A DNA stretch of 64,000 nucleotides from Chlorokybus atmophyticus (taxonomy: Eukaryota > Plantae > Mesostigma and Chlorokybus algae), in assembly GCA_009103225.1 (NCBI GenBank), contig RHPI01003389.1, positions 248,001-312,000 on the forward strand, in the 5' to 3' direction. Under the pieces are notes generated by a model that was not told where the DNA came from, ran no database searches, and worked only from the letters and a program-made list of their open reading frames with translations. The position numbers and the translations under genes are program-made. Shown piece by piece: positions 62,056 to 64,000 of the stretch. The stretch's first letter is position 1. The number at the start of each line of letters is the position of its first letter.

Positions 62056-64000
62056 ATGGCGGAGGAGGCCATGTCGGCGCTGAGCGTCGCCGAGGACGGT
62101 GCGCCTGTCGCTCCCACAGCAGCTGAGCCCGCGGAGTTCGTCCCGAACGCCAAGTATAGCAAGCGAGTGGCCATCAAGGAGGTGGGAAAGCAGCGTGCGC
62201 GCTCTTGCCGTTATGATGGCCAGCATGCATGGCATTTTTATGTGATGTGGTGTGGTAGTACTGATCACAAACCATACAGATGGGTGTTCATAAGCAGCCT
62301 ATTTCTGACATTTGGAGGTTGGCGTGTTGCATGACTGGCATGTGTTGGTAAGGGAGCATTCACATGGCATGTGCGTCACAGTCTCATCTAGAGCACGATG
62401 CCAGCCTGGGTACTAGTAGACTAATAGTATTGCAGCCTGCAGATATTGCATGTTGTTCGACTCTATCACGTGTCAATCTGGTGCTCGGGCTACTGTGCAC
62501 ATGCGCTTGGCTTTCCTGGACGTCCTTCAATACTTCAAACTTTTTCAAGTCTGTCATGCCTGATTCTACACGCGCTTTACCTAATAAACACTCACCTGCC
62601 GCTACTGCCCAGGTACTGGCCGCCGGGTTGTTGTGGGCTGGGAAGGGCATGACCGTAGGCGGATGGGTAAAAACGGGCCGCGAGCAGGGCAAAGGGACCT
62701 TTGCATTTCTGGAGCTCAACGATGGTTCATGCGCTGCCAACCTGCAGGTGCATTGCAGACAACAGCGCCATGCTGTTGTGTTGCAAGCACTTGAGCATAG
62801 CGTTATGGGTTTCTTGATAGTGCATACCCCAATCGAAACTCAATGCCACTGTGTGGCATGCGAGATGACATGTGAAACGACGGTACTAAGTGAGTTCGTT
62901 GGTATCAGGTGATTGTTGACCAGAGCGTGGCGACGCTGTCTGAGTTGACCCCCACCGGGACGTGCGTGACAGTTGAGGGCGTGCTGTCCAAGACTCCTGA
63001 GGGCACCAAGCAGCCGGTGGAGCTGCGGGCGAAGCGCATCGTTGCTCTCGGACGCACCGACCCTGGCACATACCCCATTGCAAAGACCAAGCTCAGCTTG
63101 GAATTCCTGCGCACTGTTATGCATCTGCGCTCGCGAACCAACACGGTACGTATGGGCCTCATATGCTGGGGCCATGCGGCAACATGTGAGTGGACTGCAT
63201 GTATGCATATTTCCTGGTTGCAAAGTCGAATGTGCGGCTTTCATGCTTTCACATACCTACATGCATGCGCACAAGCCAGTCAGCTTGCATGCACATTTGT
63301 GTTATTAGCAAGTCGTTTGGTTTTGTCTTGGTTGTGGGATATTTGTGTTTGCACTTGGCTTGGACTAGCCCAGTTAAAGTGCCACTTGGTTTACGTGCCT
63401 ACCCACACACTTATTGCATGCATGTACATGTACACATGCGGCACTAAGGTATTGCACTGAGCGCTTACCTGTTTTTGTGAATGCTTGCTGCCAGATCGCC
63501 GCCATATACCGGATACGCAACGCGCTTGCGTACGCTACGCACACATTTTTCCAGCAGAATGGCTTCCTTTATGTGCACACGCCCATCGTAACAGCCTCTG
63601 ATTGCGAGGGTGCTGGTGAGATGTTCCAGGTCAGCACAATGCGGTGTTGCGCACACTTGCAGTAGGCTACTGCAAGCTGGGAATTGACTGTGGAAGATCC
63701 TCTCATGTGGCGTTTGCTGCTCAGGTAACAACACTCTTGGGAAGAATGGACGACCCTGCCAACAGCACAACACCCTCAGAACAAGAGTTGGCAGATTGCC
63801 GCACGAAAGCTGAACAGCAGAGCGAGCTTATCCGGACCATGAAGGTAAGCACGTGTGCATTTGCTGGAAACGCGAGACATGTGTTGCACAGGAGATGGAT
63901 GTAATGGTTCCATTCAAGTTCAGCTGCAGCATGCACTTTGCATGTGACTTGACTAGTATGTACGAGTGGTTCTGTCTTGTCGTGGCCTTTCCGCTCAGCG
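62056..64000 (+). CDS. SYNC1: Cytosolic-type asparagine--tRNA ligase with WHEP-like insertion (SYNC1-like), 3'-partial
   Basis: OB-fold [40 protein letters not shown] | [19 protein letters not shown]...[18 protein letters not shown] | VTTL, followed by a helical insertion. The gene runs off the window. Confidence 0.95.

Overview
Eukaryotic nuclear DNA from the green lineage, probably an intron-rich alga. An early-diverging streptophyte is plausible, but that is inference from gene content (NCA1, DUF760, WHEP-containing AsnRS, MVFWG-type FKBP53, telo-boxes). I spliced 15 multi-exon genes by eye: DUF760(-), FNR(+), HugZ/GBP-like split-barrel protein(-), USP(+), DED1/DDX3 helicase(-), sphingolipid desaturase-like(+), tandem AAA+ ATPase(-), SEC31(-), NCA1(+), mitochondrial-type uL24(-), C-terminal J-domain protein(+), ISY1(-), FKBP53(+), signal peptide-LamG-Ig-like-GT2 protein(-), and a partial AsnRS(+). 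Fourteen of the 15 form seven head-to-head pairs. The most unusual items are a secreted or luminal lectin-domain GT2 glycosyltransferase, a double AAA+ ATPase resembling the bacterial Afp15 type with a degenerate second Walker B, a desaturase with an atypical ARWIQEH motif, and a J-protein fused to a bacterial-like domain. Non-coding signals include a 66-bp loopless palindrome, four inferred GC-AG introns, two very long (GA)n tracts and a dispersed ~140-bp repeat. No rRNA, intact tRNA, CRISPR array or intact transposon was found. Gene spans include introns. Family assignments come from recalled motifs, not database searches.
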